64,000 nucleotides of DNA from Eledone cirrhosa (lineage: Eukaryota): contig OZ024742.1 of the NCBI GenBank assembly GCA_964016885.1, positions 325,872,001 through 325,936,000 of the forward strand, read 5' to 3'. Positions 46,055-60,618 of the stretch are shown here, in pieces. A model generated the notes under the pieces. It saw nothing but the letters and a program-made list of their open reading frames with translations, did not search any database and was not told the origin of the DNA. Each line of letters opens with the position of its first letter. The stretch's first letter is position 1. Made by a program: the position numbers and the translations under genes.

Positions 46055-47589
46055 AAGTTTTATTTAAATTGTTGGGTTACAACGAGTAAAATATTTATAA
46101 CTGATATAAAAGCACTCAACAAGTATTTGGAGTATATTTACGATATTAAATAAATGGAAACTATATTTATAAAACCATATTTATTTCATTATATATATTT
46201 CAGGGATATCATATTAAAAATATGGTATACCTTCATCAGACAAAATACAATTTAAACAGTCTTATAAATAGATAGATTTGACATACCTTACACTTCAACT
46301 TCCATTTAAAAAGTTGATTTGATAGTGAAAAATGTTAGGGACAGTTATAGAGAAAAAAAGAAAGAAAGAAAGAATGCGAAGAAAAAGAAGAAATGCATGC
46401 AACGAAAAACAGAGAGAGATAGATATAGAGAGATAGATAGAGAGAAGAAATTCATGTAAAGAAAAAACAGAGAGAGATAGATAGAGAGAGAAAAAACAGA
46501 GGGAGATAGATAGAGAGAGAGAGAGAGAGAAAAGAGAGAGAGAGAGAGAAAATAGAGAGAGATAGATATAGATAGAGATAGAGAGAGAGAAAAATAGGTA
46601 GTTGGGCACCAGTTGAATGACGTATCAATGATAGTATTAAGGTAGAGAGAGATATATGTGGTTAGGAGAGAAAACAGCCGTTACATAGAGAGAAAAGAAA
46701 AATATCCACAGATAAACGAGGCAGATTTAAAACATTATATTTCATCAATCTAAAATATCAATTCGTATGAATTAGGCATTATAATGTAAATATCAGTATT
46801 CATGAATGAGACACGTATCAATAATGTGTGAAAGATAATGATCATATGTCTAGTTTAAAATTCCTAGGTTTATAATCAGAACTGAGTTAAAACTTCAAAA
46901 ACATTGAAATACATAAGTATATATGCACTTTCATGAAAAAAGAAAAAGAAAATAGAAGGTTATCCCAGATTCGATACTATAGACATCCATGTGAATTTAC
47001 GTGATCAACTCTGCAAATTCCTATTTCACATGAAAACATTCTCATTGTGCTATAAAAATTCTAGTATACATATATGTGTACATACACACAAATATATATA
47101 GAATCTACATTAATTTTAACAATAATATTCTTGTCTTTACTCTACATGATTATCGTTCAAGCATAAAATAGACAACAGATATCAATATATCAATAAAAAT
47201 ATTAAAAATATTAAAAAATAAAAAATAAAAACACAGTATGCCCCGCAAATCAACCACAGAAATCTACCCTTCAAAATTAATTGACAATATATTGCCAAGT
47301 TCATTATAAGCATCAGAATCAAAAGCAAACAAAACCAAAATTATTCACCAAATCCTGTCTCGCAGAAATCATTCCAAAAGTTTAGGATACCCATTTGATC
47401 TACAGATGGTCTTATATATATTATTGTAAAATTTATTCGATATATTTGGAGCATCATCTTTTAGGGTAGTTTAATTATTCATGAAGAATGTTTAAAAAAA
47501 AAAAGAAATCGAAAGATTTATCGGCGAGTTTCATAAATAATTACAAATCATAAGTAAATATACTACATTTTAAATTTATATTTATATTT

Positions 47590-48212
47590 AAAAGTTGAGT
47601 TCATTCTATGTCTGCAGCAACTGAATAAATTTGTCCGTAAATTAAGGGAATTTTTAGATTTTAGTATAAAGAATATCTCCTCCGCGCAGAGGTCACATGT
47701 CTCAGAAGATGAATTAAAAGGAATCCCTCTTGAGACTATCCAACGTTATCATGCTTAAGTTGCCAGAGTAAGCCTGATAGTGATGTTGAAGATGTTTTGC
47801 TTGGATCTGTGAAAGAATTCTTGTGGTTATTATAGCGAAGTTTAAATTCTGTCGAGGTGGAACCAACATAGTTAAAAGAATTTAAGTCCGTTTTAACATT
47901 ACAGTTGTATATTATATTTTTAACTGAGCAATTGTTATTTAACGGACATTTAGATCTATCTCTACAGTTACATTTGTTTACTTGGATATTATTTAGGCTA
48001 TTATCGGTATTTTGGCTAGGTTTTAAATTCCTATTATTTATTCTATTAATATTTTGTGCTAAATTTTTGGTGGATGAGTAGGTTAATTTTATAGTATGTC
48101 TATTGAAAATTGAGTGATACTTATGTGTTCTATGGAAGCGATTATCAAGAGCATTAAAAAATAGTTTAGCGATGTGGGTTTTAATGTTTAGTGAGAAAGG
48201 GGGGGGGGGCAA
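47590..48212 (-). pseudogene. PLE GIY-YIG endonuclease remnant (Naiad-like)
   Basis: PPFSLNIKT, IFNRHTIKLTYS, CNCRDRSKCPL, IIY...YVG, FKLRYNNH; after the break CDLCAEE and SCCRHR. Confidence 0.8.
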
Positions 48213-49153
48213 ACCATATTATATTTCTAGTTCTATTTCTGTTTTGGCTTTTGGAATTATTGTAATGCTTTCTATTATAGTTGGTAAAGTTGTTGCCGTA
48301 ATTAAAATGTATAGTATCGAATCTGGGATAACCTTCTATTTTCTTTATTGTAATGCTTTCTATTATAGTTGTTAAAGTTGTTGCCGTAATTAAAATCTAT
48401 AGTATCGAATCTGGGATAACCTTCTATTTTCTTTTTCTTTTTTCATGAAAGTGCATATATACTTATGTATTTCAATTTTTTTGAAGTTTTTACCTCAGTT
48501 CTGATTATAAACCTAGGAATTTTAAACTAGACATATGATCATTATCTTTCACACATTATTGATACGTGTCTCATTCATGAATACTGATATTTACATTATA
48601 ATGCCTAATTCATACGAATTGATATTTTAGATTGATGAAACATAATGTTTTAAATCTGCCTCGTTTATCTGTGGATATTTTTCTTTTCTCTCTATGTAAC
48701 GGCTGTTTTCTCTCCTAACCACATATATCTCTCTCTACCTTAATACTAGAACTAAATAAATAAATAAATAAATAAATATATCATTGATACGTCATTCAAC
48801 TGGTGTCCAACTACCTATTTTTCTCTCTCTCTATCTCTATCTATATCTATCTCTCCCTCTCTCTCTTTTCTCTCTCTCTCTCTCTCTCTATCTATCTCCC
48901 TCTGTTTTTTCTCTCTCTATCTATCTCTCTCTGTTTTTTCTTTACATGAATTTCTTCTCTCTATCTATCTCTCTATATCTATCTCTCTCTGTTTTTCGTT
49001 GCATGCATTTCTTCTTTTTCTTCGCTTTCTTTCTTTCTTTCTTTTTTTCTCTATAACTGTCCCTAACATTTTTCACTATCAAATCAACTTTTTAAATGGA
49101 AGTTGAAGTGTAAGGTATGTCAAATCTATCTATTTATAAGACTGTTTATATTG

Positions 49154-49219
49154 TATTTTGTCTGATGAAGGCATACCATATTTTTAATATGATATCCCTG
49201 AAATATATATAATGAAATA
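49154..49219 (+). ncRNA. Type-I hammerhead, intact core (mirror at 46182-46247)
   Basis: tattttgt-CTGATGA-long stem II-GAAA-tatata-TA-atgaaata. Confidence 0.8.
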
Positions 49220-49259
49220 AATATGGTTTTATAAATATAGTTTCTATTTATTTAATATC

Positions 49260-49348
<89 letters not shown>

Positions 49349-51096
49349 AAATGAAACGTATCTATTTAAATTTATTGTTCAAATTGCATAGAAGTTACAG
49401 CAAGCAAACCTGTTTCCCATAATGTCATATTCGCCTTCATTAAGCATAACTGCTAAGATTTATAGATCTATTCTATGGGTACGAAAGATGATCACGTAGT
49501 GACTTTCACTTTCTATTTATGGTATTGTTACTAAATTAGAATTCTTCATTGTTGCCGTTGTTTATGTGTGAGGCTAGCTTTGTGTTAATGGATTTGACCT
49601 ATAACAAGTAGTGGACTATTAGAACATATCGGAATACCTTACTTCACAAGTTGCAAAAGAGCTCTTATTGCTGTCTGTCTGACTAACTACCAAGACACTT
49701 ATTTTGTTATCTTGACTCAATACCTGTCATTGTTTTTTAACTTCAGGTCAAACATGACCTACCTGAAAAGGGATGAATGTCGTTTTAGCCATGAAGACCC
49801 CTTTTTGTTTTACTTTTCAGATCATCTGCAATTTGAGAGATATTGTTGCTAATTCTACCAGGTCCATTAATCGTATATACATTTACTCGTTGGTCAGAAT
49901 CTGTTGATGCACAGAGCGCAAGCTACCTGAACAGATTTTTACAGGCCTTATGTGTAGTTATATCTGATAGAATCTTTCCTGGTTTCGATGATACTGGCCT
50001 CAGTCGTATTATGTGACATTTGATACTAAAAGATGTGCCAAGTTTTCTAAAAATGTCGCCTATGCAACTTGCTTGACTGGTACTCTATTTATCGAGCCCG
50101 AAATGATAAAAATCGAAGTTATCCTTAGTAAGATTTTAACTGAGAACACAGAGAACTAGGACACATTAATAACTCTGTCAATTAGCTGCCTATAGAATGC
50201 AGCAATTGTCCTTAAATGTGTTGTATTATTGATTCCTTGTTAATTATTATAGAATTACGAACATTGCATTTCGGAAACAGCCTAAATGAATTACAATGGA
50301 AGCGAGTATTTAGCTCAGTTTTATTTACATCGGTAAATTTGTGCTTCCCAGACTATATCATATTTTAGTGAAATACCTTTTCCATCGTAAGATTTTGGGT
50401 TTGACCTTCAACCGAGAGGTGCAATAGATCACTCCCTTTCAAGCCGAAAGTCACTTACTTTCACATTGCCCCAATTCACACAGTTCGTGAAATGAGGACA
50501 GCCATCTGATGCGTTTAATCTTGCGATGGACAGGGGTCTTTTCCGAGAATGGGAGAGGGATATTGTACTTTGAATAATTTAACTCCGAGTAAACGTGATA
50601 GAATCTCCGATTTGACGTACATCAAGACTTGAGAACGACCGTTTCATTTTTAACATTGAAATCTATTCAAATATATTTTCCTCGCCCTTGATCAATAAAA
50701 TGTATCGATTATACTAGTTTCCTTGAAGCCTACTCAAAATAAAACCATTATCTTTAAGAAATAATATTGATGATTCAGGATCCTTTTGTTCATGGGAGAA
50801 AAGGGACTCATATTGATACAGTTTGCCTATATTTTCTAATGACGCTGACGACGACGACAAAGATGATGATAATGTTGACGTTGGCGCAGTAGAGGAGGTA
50901 GGAAGAGCATTAAGTAGGTTGAGGTGTCATAATATATTTGTTATCACTGACTATATGTTGTTTTTCAATGTGAGTCACTGCCTTTGCACTTGCTAATCGT
51001 TTTAAAATAGCTAGAAGTCGTTAGTACAAGTTCTGAGTTTACCTAAGCATTACTAGTGGACATTTTAAGTACGAATAAGATTCCCAACGACTACAT

Positions 51097-51193
<97 letters not shown>

Positions 51194-51194
51194 C

Positions 51195-52735
51195 ATTACT
51201 ATTGATCTTTGAGTCTCAGTCATTGATGTTATTTAACTGGAAAGTTTGTTGAAATTAATATAAAGCCGGTACGTGCAGCCTCAGATATTCAGGACGTATC
51301 GGAGGGATCTTGCTGTTCCCAGCAAGCATACCTTTTGAAGTGTTCCAAAAGGCAGGGCGGGACCAATATTCCTTAACCATCCTTGGAAACTCTTTGAGAT
51401 AGTACCTACTGCGCCTATGACAATCGGGACCACTTTGACTTCACGGCAGTTCCAAATCCTTTTTACCTCACACTTTAAGTCCTGGTATCGGTTAATTTTC
51501 TCCCTCTCCTTCTCTTGCACTCTTGTGTCGAATGGACAGGCTACATCCACAATCAGACACGATCTTTTTTCCTTGTCCAAACGGTTTCGTCGCTCTGCAC
51601 GCATCTCGGGCAGGTCCGTCTGACAGCACATTCCTAGAGCGCCTACAACCACGGGTATTGTTTTAGTTCTCATCTTTCCAATTTCTATCTCCAGGTCCTT
51701 ATACTTGCTCAATTTTTCAAATGTTTTTATAGAAACATTCTTGTCTATTGGAAAGGACATATCAATTAGCAGGCATACGCTCTTTTTAAAGTCCTTCAAT
51801 ATTATATCAGGTCTATTTCCATCTATTTTTCGGTCTGTTTGGCTGCTAAAGTTCCACAAGATTGAGATGTGATCTTTTTCAAGTATGGGAGGTGGTTGAT
51901 GCTCCCACCAATTCTTTTGATGTGGCAGGTCAAAATGCTTACACATTATGCTTACACAGTATGTATTGTGCAGCTCTGTCATGCCTGTTTATGTATTCGG
52001 TTGGAGCTATAGGACTGCACATTGAAATTATATGATCAATGGTCTCTGGTTGTTTTTTACATACACGGCATAATGGGCTGCATCCATTTTTTATTATGTT
52101 GGCTTGGTAATTTTTTGTTGGCAGACACTGATATTGTGCTGATATAATCAGTCCTACAGAGGCTTTTCTTGCCATTTCTTAGCCAGTTTCTGTAGCAGTT
52201 CTTTCTTTGCAGTTACTTTTACCTGCTTTGCTTTTTCTGTGTTTTTCATTTCAGCAGTAAATGGAACTTCTGAAATTTGTAGTCCATTACTGTATCTTTG
52301 TGCATCTTTTGTAATGGAGTATGATCTTTTGATGCTTTCGTGTTTCAAAAAGAGTTTGATCATCCAATCATGCGATTCCCTTAGATATGTAGATAATCCA
52401 ATTGTTGCAGTTTTCAACGCAATATCTAACTGCTTTAACCAACGTCCTCCTTCTTTCCTAGGGAGATATATTATATCTGTATCTACCTTAAGGTGATGCA
52501 TTCTGTGCATGGTTAAGAATTTTCTAATTTTTGTATCGAGCCTACGGATCTCTGTGCTTGACCAGTTGATGACATTGTAACTGTAGGTTACTACTGGTAT
52601 GGCAAGCGTGTTTATGGCATCGATCCTATTCCTTGCATTCAATACCGTTCTTAAGATTGCTCTAACTCTGCGGTAACATTCCTTCCTTATCCTTTCCCTC
52701 ATTGTCCTGTGCTTGATTCCGTCTCCTTCAGAAAC
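51195..52735 (-). mobile_element. R4/Dong-type non-LTR retrotransposon fragments (CCHC plus restriction-like endonuclease), chimeric
   Basis: YLPRKEGGR, CRVC...ETIDHIISMC...RHD, NRPDI...LLID, EK..KY.DL, PVVVGALG; the 3' end runs into (TAA)n at 51098-51195. Confidence 0.8.
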
Positions 52736-55428
52736 ATCTATGTCAAACACGAAGATTGCATTGTCAGAGCTAAGGCGCGTGCTCTGAGAAACGAGGGAAC
52801 CAAAGCTGTCCGATGGGCCCGCGTGGCAGAGGCGCAACGTGGTAATAAAACCACGATTCGGTCTTTGACGGACCGAGACGCGTTCGAGCTGAGCGATTCC
52901 AAGAGGATGTGTGAGGCCTTTCGCCAACATTTTGCTCGGTTGTTAGGGGGAAGTGGCGGGTTAGCGGGTTAGAGATGGTGGTAGATTCAGTCCCTACTTC
53001 GATGGCTTGCCGCAACTCTCGACGGCTGAGGCTGGGCGCTGCGAAAGTCCAATTACTTCAGCCGAGAATCAGAATGCCCTTGTAGGCTGCACGAGGCTCA
53101 AGTCATCCGGTTTGGATGGTCTGCCCTACGAGCTTTACGTAAATATGCCAGACTTGTTCTCCAATCTCCTCGAAGCCCTCTACTGCAACTGGCAGCAAAA
53201 CAGGAGTATTCCCAGTTCTGTGAGCCGGGGCGTAGTGACGCTGACAAGGAAAGACGAGAACAAGAGGGACACATTAAACAATTTCAGGCCCATAACTCTG
53301 CTCAACACAGAGTTTAAGATTTTGGCCAGGGTGTTAGCGAAGAGGTTGGCGCTTGTCGTCGGGAATTTGGTTGGGGAGGAGCAAACTTGCGCAATCCCAA
53401 CCAGGTCCATACACGACAACCTCCACCTAATGCGATACATCATAGAGAGGGTAGGGTGTAAACCTGGCTTCGGTGGTGCTCTGATCAATTTAGATCAATC
53501 GAAAGCATTCGATAGGGTCGACCATCGGTACCTGGAGGCTGTCCTCATGGCGGCTGGCTTCGGCCCCGTCTTCAGAAGCTGGATCGCTGCAATGCACAGC
53601 GGCACCTGCTCGATGGTAAAAATTAATGGCCACCTCTCGGAAACGTGTCAGGTCTCCCGATCGGTCCGTCAAGGGTGCCCTCTCTCCTCCCTTCCGTACG
53701 TATTGGCTCTCAAGCCTTTACTGCGGAAGCTGGAGCTGTTACAGTGCATCCTGCTCGAACCGGGACACGGAAAAGCTGTGTCGGCTTATGCGGACGACAT
53801 CACCGTGATGGTGTCGGACACCTCACAAATCGAGGTGGTCGGCAACTTATTGGAGGAATATGAAAGGTTGACGGGAGCAAAACTTAACCCGGAAAAGTCA
53901 GTAGGCTTGCAGCTCGGCACCTGGAGAGGCAAGTCCATGCCGTCCAACAGCGTCGTTTGGCGCTGGACGGACGGACCGGTAAAGTTGCTAGGGGTTTGGT
54001 TCGGGCCAGACCTCCAGGTGGATAAGAATTGTGACGAGGTGACGGGCAGGGTAATTAGTCTCACCCAGAAATGGGCTGGGATGAAGCTATCAGTGAAAGG
54101 TCGGGCGGAGGTGGCGAACGCGTACATCGCGTCCGTCATCTACTACTGTCTGACTGTCGTCCCTTGCCCCCGTTCGCGCCTCGCCATCTTGGAGCGGCTC
54201 CTCTTCAAATTCTTGTGGAGGGGTCAGGTTCCGCTGGTAAGGCGGTCCATCTGCTGCCAGCACCCTCTACGTGGAGGGCTGGGCATGACGTGGCTAATGA
54301 TGCGCAGGCACGCGCTGAGGCTGCGGCATCTCCAGATATTCTGCCTAAACGGTGAACAGGTGTGGTCGCCGTTTGTCAGACGGGCCTTTCCGCAGCTCGT
54401 CTCTTTGACTGAGCTGCAGTCCTGGGTCAAGAAGAGACGGAGACTGGGTGGCTGGCATCTGGAATGTTGCCAGGTACTCACTGCCCTCTACCAGGCGGGA
54501 AATGCAGTCAGTGGAACTTCCACTCCCGAGTTCTATAGAGGAATGGTGGTGGGCAAGTGCGACGACGCACTCGGAGAGGCTCTGGGAGTCAACGAAGTCG
54601 AACTAACCAGTCTGTACCGGAGGACTTTCGAGCCGGGGACGATGGATAATTTCCAAAGATCACTCGCTTGGCAGTGCTACCGGGGGTCACTGCCGGTTCG
54701 AGATAAACTCTACAGGCACGAATGTGCTGTCAGACGGACCTGCCCGAGATGCGCGCAGAGCGACGAAACCGTTCTGCACGCACTCTTCCAGTGTCCGTGC
54801 ATTACTGACTTGTGGAGTTATGTTTAACAGCTGTTGTCGCGTGTAGAACGTATCCGGCTATCGGCTGAGTCCATAGTGAAGATCGACCCGCCGCCTTCTT
54901 TTGGCCAGGAAGGGCAGGCAATTTTCCTCTGTCTGGTGGCAGTAGCGAAAGAGGTTGTATGGTGGACGAGGTTGAAAGGACTGAAGACAGACACTTTTCT
55001 CTTCGGCCAATCCCTCATCAACTTTTTCAAGTTTCACTTGGAAAGGAAGGTGAGGGTGGAGAGAGAAGTGCTGCCCCCCAGTACATTTGCTGAAAGGTGA
55101 GTGAATGTGGCGAGAATGGCCCGTGTTAGTGGGCCTACTCTGATCATGCGGCTGTAGGTAGGTAAATTTAAAGAGGAGGGGTGCCCTTCCAGGGTTCTTT
55201 CGAAGCATCGGGTTGTTCAGGACTGGTGGGGTACCTGAGCGAACCCTAGGTGGTCATCCCCCCTATTGGGGAATGTTTTCTTGTTGTAATTTTCTTGTTA
55301 CTTTATTGTTACTTTTTAATTGTTACTTTGTTTATTCATATTGTTTACTCGATTTTTCTGTAAAACCCCACTGTCCCAGTCTTTTGTATTGTCCCCTATA
55401 TGTCGGCCCTTGTGGCCAATAAATGAAA

Positions 55429-55430
<2 letters not shown>
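52736..55430 (+). mobile_element. 5'-truncated Tx1/L1-clade LINE ORF2 (RT plus CCHC) with 3' UTR and (ATT)n
   Basis: NFRPITLLNTEFKILARVLAKRL, LDQSKAFDRVDH, VRQGCPLS, YADD, CPRC...ETVLHALFQC; premature stops near 52972, 54827 and 55100. Confidence 0.9.
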
Positions 55431-55481
<51 letters not shown>

Positions 55482-57334
55482 TGTTTACTTTTTAGTCTGT
55501 GTCATTTTGCCATTTTTTCAAAGTCGATCGTCAAAGGAGAATAGATTAAAAGTATACATACATACATACGTACATATATATATAGATACATACATAGATA
55601 CATAGATTTATACATACATATATATGTATGTATATATGTATGAACGTGTGTGTGTATGTATGCATATATGTATGCATGAATGCATATGTAGAAACACATA
55701 TAATAAATAAATAATTACAATCATTATTAGTAATGTTATAATTGTAGTTTTTCCGCCAGTTCAGTGGATTGTAATTATTTATTTATTATATGTATATCGT
55801 TTCTTAATACCTATAATACTCTCTCTATATATTTGAACAAACTTGTTTATCTAGTATAATAAAATGCATCTAGTTACATTTATAAGTAATTTGGATACTC
55901 AAACGATTCTCTATTGTTATAATTGTTAGATATTTCCTTAATGTTCTAAATTATATAACGATTATTACTTAATTTAATTTAATTTATTTTAATTAAATTC
56001 GGATTACCTTCGGGTCATTCAAATCCTTAGCTCCTCTTTTTATCATCTTCGTGGACACTTTAGAAGTGTTGTTTGTCTATTATATAAATTTTGTTAAAAA
56101 CTCTAGCATTTTAAACTATATATTTGTTAATATTGGGCACTTTTATGTTCGCAAACAATTCATTATTTTTACTTTTTCCACTTGTTATTTTGTATCTGGT
56201 CCTTATCCTTAGGACTCATGAAGTTTTGACTTGTATATTTATAGTATATATCTATTAAATGATCCTATTACAATAATTGATCTAAAACATTAATTTTAAC
56301 AATATTTCCAGTAACTTATTTATTGTATGTTATTATGTTATGTCTATTTGAGAGGTATCATCTTAAGTCTTTAGACAATATAATCTTTGTGTATTTTTTT
56401 GATACACGCACATATGTAATTTAATAATCACACTTTTTAAAGTTTAATTATAAAGCTTCTTTATCATTTAGGCATTCAAATTGTTAATCTTAAAATTCTT
56501 TAATAATTACAACTGTATAATTATTTTCTAAATTATATTAATAATTTAATATTATATAATAAATTTAGTAAAGTTTACCTTCGTGAGGTTGTAAAAACAT
56601 TATGTTTTCTTTCTCGTGTTTGTAAATCCTTTAAATTTGATTTCATAAAATTTGTTTTTAGAAATTAAATATGATAGTATACTTTAATATTAATATAGAT
56701 ATTTATTAACTTTTATAACCTAAAATATTATTCATTACTCTGAATTAACTTAAATTAAATGTTTTGAATGTTAACGGTCAACCAGATATGTTTGGATATA
56801 TATTGTATATATGGATAGTTGTCTAAGGACTTGATATTACACCTTCATATGAATAAACACAATTATATTTAAAATTCCGATTGATGAATACTTTTAAATA
56901 TTTTTAGATATTTCAATAATTCAATAAATTGATTTTTTTTTCCTTTTTCATAAAGCTAAGGCCAAATATTGTTTTAGTTTAATATCTCCCTATATTATTA
57001 CATTGTATAAGTTATTCCTCTTTATCTCTCTCTCTGTAATCAATTCTCCTTTGTTTTTTAGGCTCCTACTAGCTATATTATCCCCTCATCTGTTTCTTCC
57101 TCTATGCCTTTCTTTTCTTTCCTCCTTCTTCAGTAATTTAAATTATTTACCAGTTATATTGCTACCATGTATTTTTTAAACTTTCTCACACGCACCGTCT
57201 CTATTTTATTTATTATGTGTTTTTCTCATGTTTTCAATATTAAGGTATATAAATATTGGATTTTGTCATATATTACTCACTACCATGACTGAAGCTTAAC
57301 CATCTACTATGTCAGGGTATGTCATGCATCATCT

Positions 57335-57401
57335 TATTTTATCTGATGAGGACGTACTGTTGAAATTAACTCAGTACCTCTGAAATATGTATAATAAAAT
57401 A
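57335..57401 (+). ncRNA. Type-I hammerhead (same family as 4059 and 49154)
   Basis: tattttat-CTGATGA-ggacgtactg...cagtacctct-GAAA-tatgta-TA-ataaaata. Confidence 0.75.
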
Positions 57402-57601
57402 TACTTGATCACAAGAATACCTATTTTGTTAATATTTTGAATTAATATTAATAACTCCGGAAAAACATACTGTTGAGTGATTCCAATCTATTGTAAAACT
57501 CATTCTTTGATTTATTCATTGAACATTGTTTAACTTTTAAATATATATATATATATATATAAATAATATATAAATATAATATATATATACACAAATATAT
57601 C

Positions 57602-57655
<54 letters not shown>

Positions 57656-57726
57656 GATATATCTGTGTCTGTGTGTGGTCGTGTTTCTACATATGTATTC
57701 ATGTAGTATATAGAAATGTAGTATAT

Positions 57727-58413
57727 AGCATAAGATGTACTGAAGGACAATGTAAAGATAAGAATATAGTGTACATAGGTGAGACAGCTCGTAGTATAGG
57801 AGAACGGTTAAGTGAACACTGGCGAGAACTTCAATATAAAAAATAATCATCAATACTCCACCAACATGCTAAAATAGGGCATAAAAATAAAAATAGAATC
57901 TACACACAGAAAAGACCCAATGTTTAGACCAATCACAGAGGCAATAAACATAAATGAACTCCAACCAATATTAAATAGAAAACATGAATGGAATAGCAAC
58001 ATCACAACTTACAATTAAGGACAAAATGAAAACACACACACACATAGAACAAACAACCAACCAATAACATGTAAATATACAAAGAAATAAACAAATATAA
58101 ACACACACAGACACACGGATGTAACACATGCGCAAACTAAGCACGCTACACACACAAAAACAAGATGGCGTAGGACAGAACAAAGGGGAGGCACAAAAAC
58201 AAAGAAAATAATCCCCAGTCACTGAAGAGGTCACAGAATGTGTGACGAAAGAACTTTGACAATATATGAACAACCGTCCGGTTATGGAACCAACCAAACA
58301 ACCGGAAATTTATAAATTCTTAAATTTATAAATTTAATTTAAGATAAATTGAAGGGAAAGTATCTGGTGCGTGTGTTTGTTGTTGGCAACATGACCCTCC
58401 CAAAGCATAACAG
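57727..58413 (+). mobile_element. PLE 3' remnant of the 36606 family (GIY-YIG plus pseudo-LTR)
   Basis: Reverse complement of ~36606-37312; encodes [12 protein letters not shown]. Confidence 0.8.
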
Positions 58414-58482
58414 TATGCATATATATATATATAAAATAATTAAGTCAAATATTTAAAATTTGGCTTCGTTTATTAAAGATGT

Positions 58483-58537
58483 ACTGCTATATATATTTCG
58501 GTGACAACCATCATTGGCTGTGACCTCTCCAGGCAGT
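58483..58537 (-). ncRNA. Minimal hammerhead with one core mutation
   Basis: actgc-CTGGAGA-ggtcacagcca atga tggttgtcacc-GAAA-tatata-TA-gcagt. Confidence 0.65.
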
Positions 58538-58667
58538 CCGAATTGGTGTGGTAGAATCAGGTACCAATGTTGTTGAAGTGTTTTACTCCGCAAATACTCC
58601 GATATGTCCAGCTCCTGGTTGGGTTGTTATTTCTCTGAGGAACTGGAATCAATCTATATATAATCAT

Positions 58668-58725
<58 letters not shown>

Positions 58726-59729
58726 ACATAAACAGAAAAAGCCTTAAGCGATACTCCGACCAACTCCATCTCACTTAACAAACATTAGGTTATTCTTAAG
58801 TATTATCCCAATTTAGTGTTTTGGGTGCTAACTAATCAGAATTTCGTGGATAGCTGGTTGTATTATTTTATATGAGACATTGTGTGTGTATGTATTTTCG
58901 AATGTGGGTGCGAAGATAGATTCATAATTACTGTCATGTCTATTGCAGGAATCACATACTGCTAACAATGGTGAGCTAATTTATATGTAAAAGGGAATAT
59001 AGAAAGTAAGAAAATAAATCAATATCCAAGCAACAAAGATACCAAAGTGTATATAGGTGTAAGATGAAGTTGAATAGAAAAATATTTCGAGAAAGAGAGA
59101 GAGAGGGGGGAGAAAACAGGAGGGAGGTAGAGAGAAATAAAGGGGACAGAGGGGGAGAGAGAGTGAGTGAGAGAGAGGTATCGTGGAGCTATATAGAGAA
59201 AGGGAGATAAGGCGAGAAACATGATGTGAAAGACGAAATATTGATGAACATTTGAAAGAAAATGTCATGTGTGTTTCTATTACGATATATATTAAATTAT
59301 GTTGAGATTAGTAAGACAATGAGGTTATAAGCTGGTGGAATTATATCACACACACACAACACATATAAACTCACACACGCGCGCACGCTTGTGTGAGAGA
59401 GAGAAGAACTAAGCTATGTTAGTCCTATTGCAAATTACCCCTACCCAGTCTAGTATCCAATATATGCATATGTGCAACTCAAACAGATGTTTCACACGCT
59501 ACAATTCAGTTTTAGAGCTTGGTTTTAGCTGCTTTGCCGGGGTTTCTTTCGTCAGTGTTTCTTTCCGTGTCTTCGCCAACAGTGTTCTCTAAAACACAAC
59601 GGAATGCACTGTGATCGAGGAAGGTGAGGTGGCATGAGAGATTTGGAACCGGCTCGGTCTCAGCCAAGTAGACGTCTCACTTCTTCTTACTCACCTGGAT
59701 GTAAAATCCCAACAGAGCATCCAATGCGA

Positions 59730-59900
59730 CATGACCTCGAACAGGCTGTCGCACCGGCTCAAACAGCACCACCTCGCATGTATTCGCTCGACCTCGCAAC
59801 CCCACAGCGGTGCTTGGCTCAAAGCCTTACCCTCTGTTTCGACTGACACGCAGCATGATAATGATAGCCTACGAAACGGGGTTTCCCTGAGGCTCGTCCT
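59730..59900 (+). pseudogene. Possible CRE-type non-LTR retrotransposon fragment
   Basis: SGAWLKALP...LRNGVSLRL resembles the GAWLxAxP...LRLG motif downstream of RT in CRE-like elements. Confidence 0.45.
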
Positions 59901-60394
59901 CCGAAAAGTGAGGAAGAAGGTGTCAAGTCCCTGAAATCGATGAAATCGTAGTTCTGTGAAATCGTAGACGAGAGATAAAGACCATCCAACCTGGGTGAAA
60001 TGTGAGCGAGCTGGAGAGAACACTGATGAAGGACTAATTTTATTCATATGTAACCCATTTGCAACCACGCAGCACGCCATTTTTTCATATATTTATATAT
60101 TTTCCTTCGCTGTGACTCGTCTGTTTCTTTCTTACTGCTTCCCCTTTCTCTGTATCTCTCACTTTTTTTTTTACCCCCTCTGCCAGTCACTCTCTCACTT
60201 AGCCTCTTCCTCACACTTTCACTTACTCACTCTCTGCTACTCCCTCTCCATCACTTCCTCCCGTTTGACCTGTGTGAAATCCTTTTCGCGCTCAGATTTC
60301 ACCCAGGTTGGATGGTCTTTATCTCTCGACTACGATTTCACAGAACTTAAGTTCAACAATTTCAGGGACTTGACTCCTTCTTCCTCACTTTTCG
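59901..60394. repeat. ~105-bp inverted repeat (~59901-60008 / ~60289-60394)
   Basis: gagataaagaccatccaacctgggtgaaat / atttcacccaggttggatggtctttatctc. Confidence 0.8.
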
Positions 60395-60618
60395 TTGCAT
60401 TACCATCTTTGTTTGTTTACATGTCTAGCTCGTTTCACTCTATTTTACGTGTCCCACCGACTTTCTTTAGCCGTTGCTCGCACCAATCAGAAGCATATGA
60501 TCTTTAAAGTCATGAAATACCAATGAAGGCTGGAAGATCACTGATGAAGGACTAATTTTATTCATTGCAACCACGCAGCACGCCATTTTATCATATATAT
60601 GTATTATATATATATAAG

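Larger units (their letters stand above)
46138..49262 (-). mobile_element. Naiad-like PLE 3' portion with ~850-bp inverted pseudo-LTRs (46138-46983 / 48396-49262)
   Basis: Arms are reverse complements, with HHRs at 46182-46247 (-) and 49154-49219 (+). A GIY-YIG remnant lies between them. Confidence 0.82.

Noticed and set aside
55700-57330. Possible decayed PLE ORF upstream of the 57335 hammerhead
   Set aside because: No ORF or convincing RT motif is readable by eye; needs tBLASTn.
60020-60590. ctgatgaaggact direct repeats at ~60022 and ~60540 as hammerheads
   Set aside because: Only the CUGAUGA half is present; no stem II partner, GAAA or stem I' follows.
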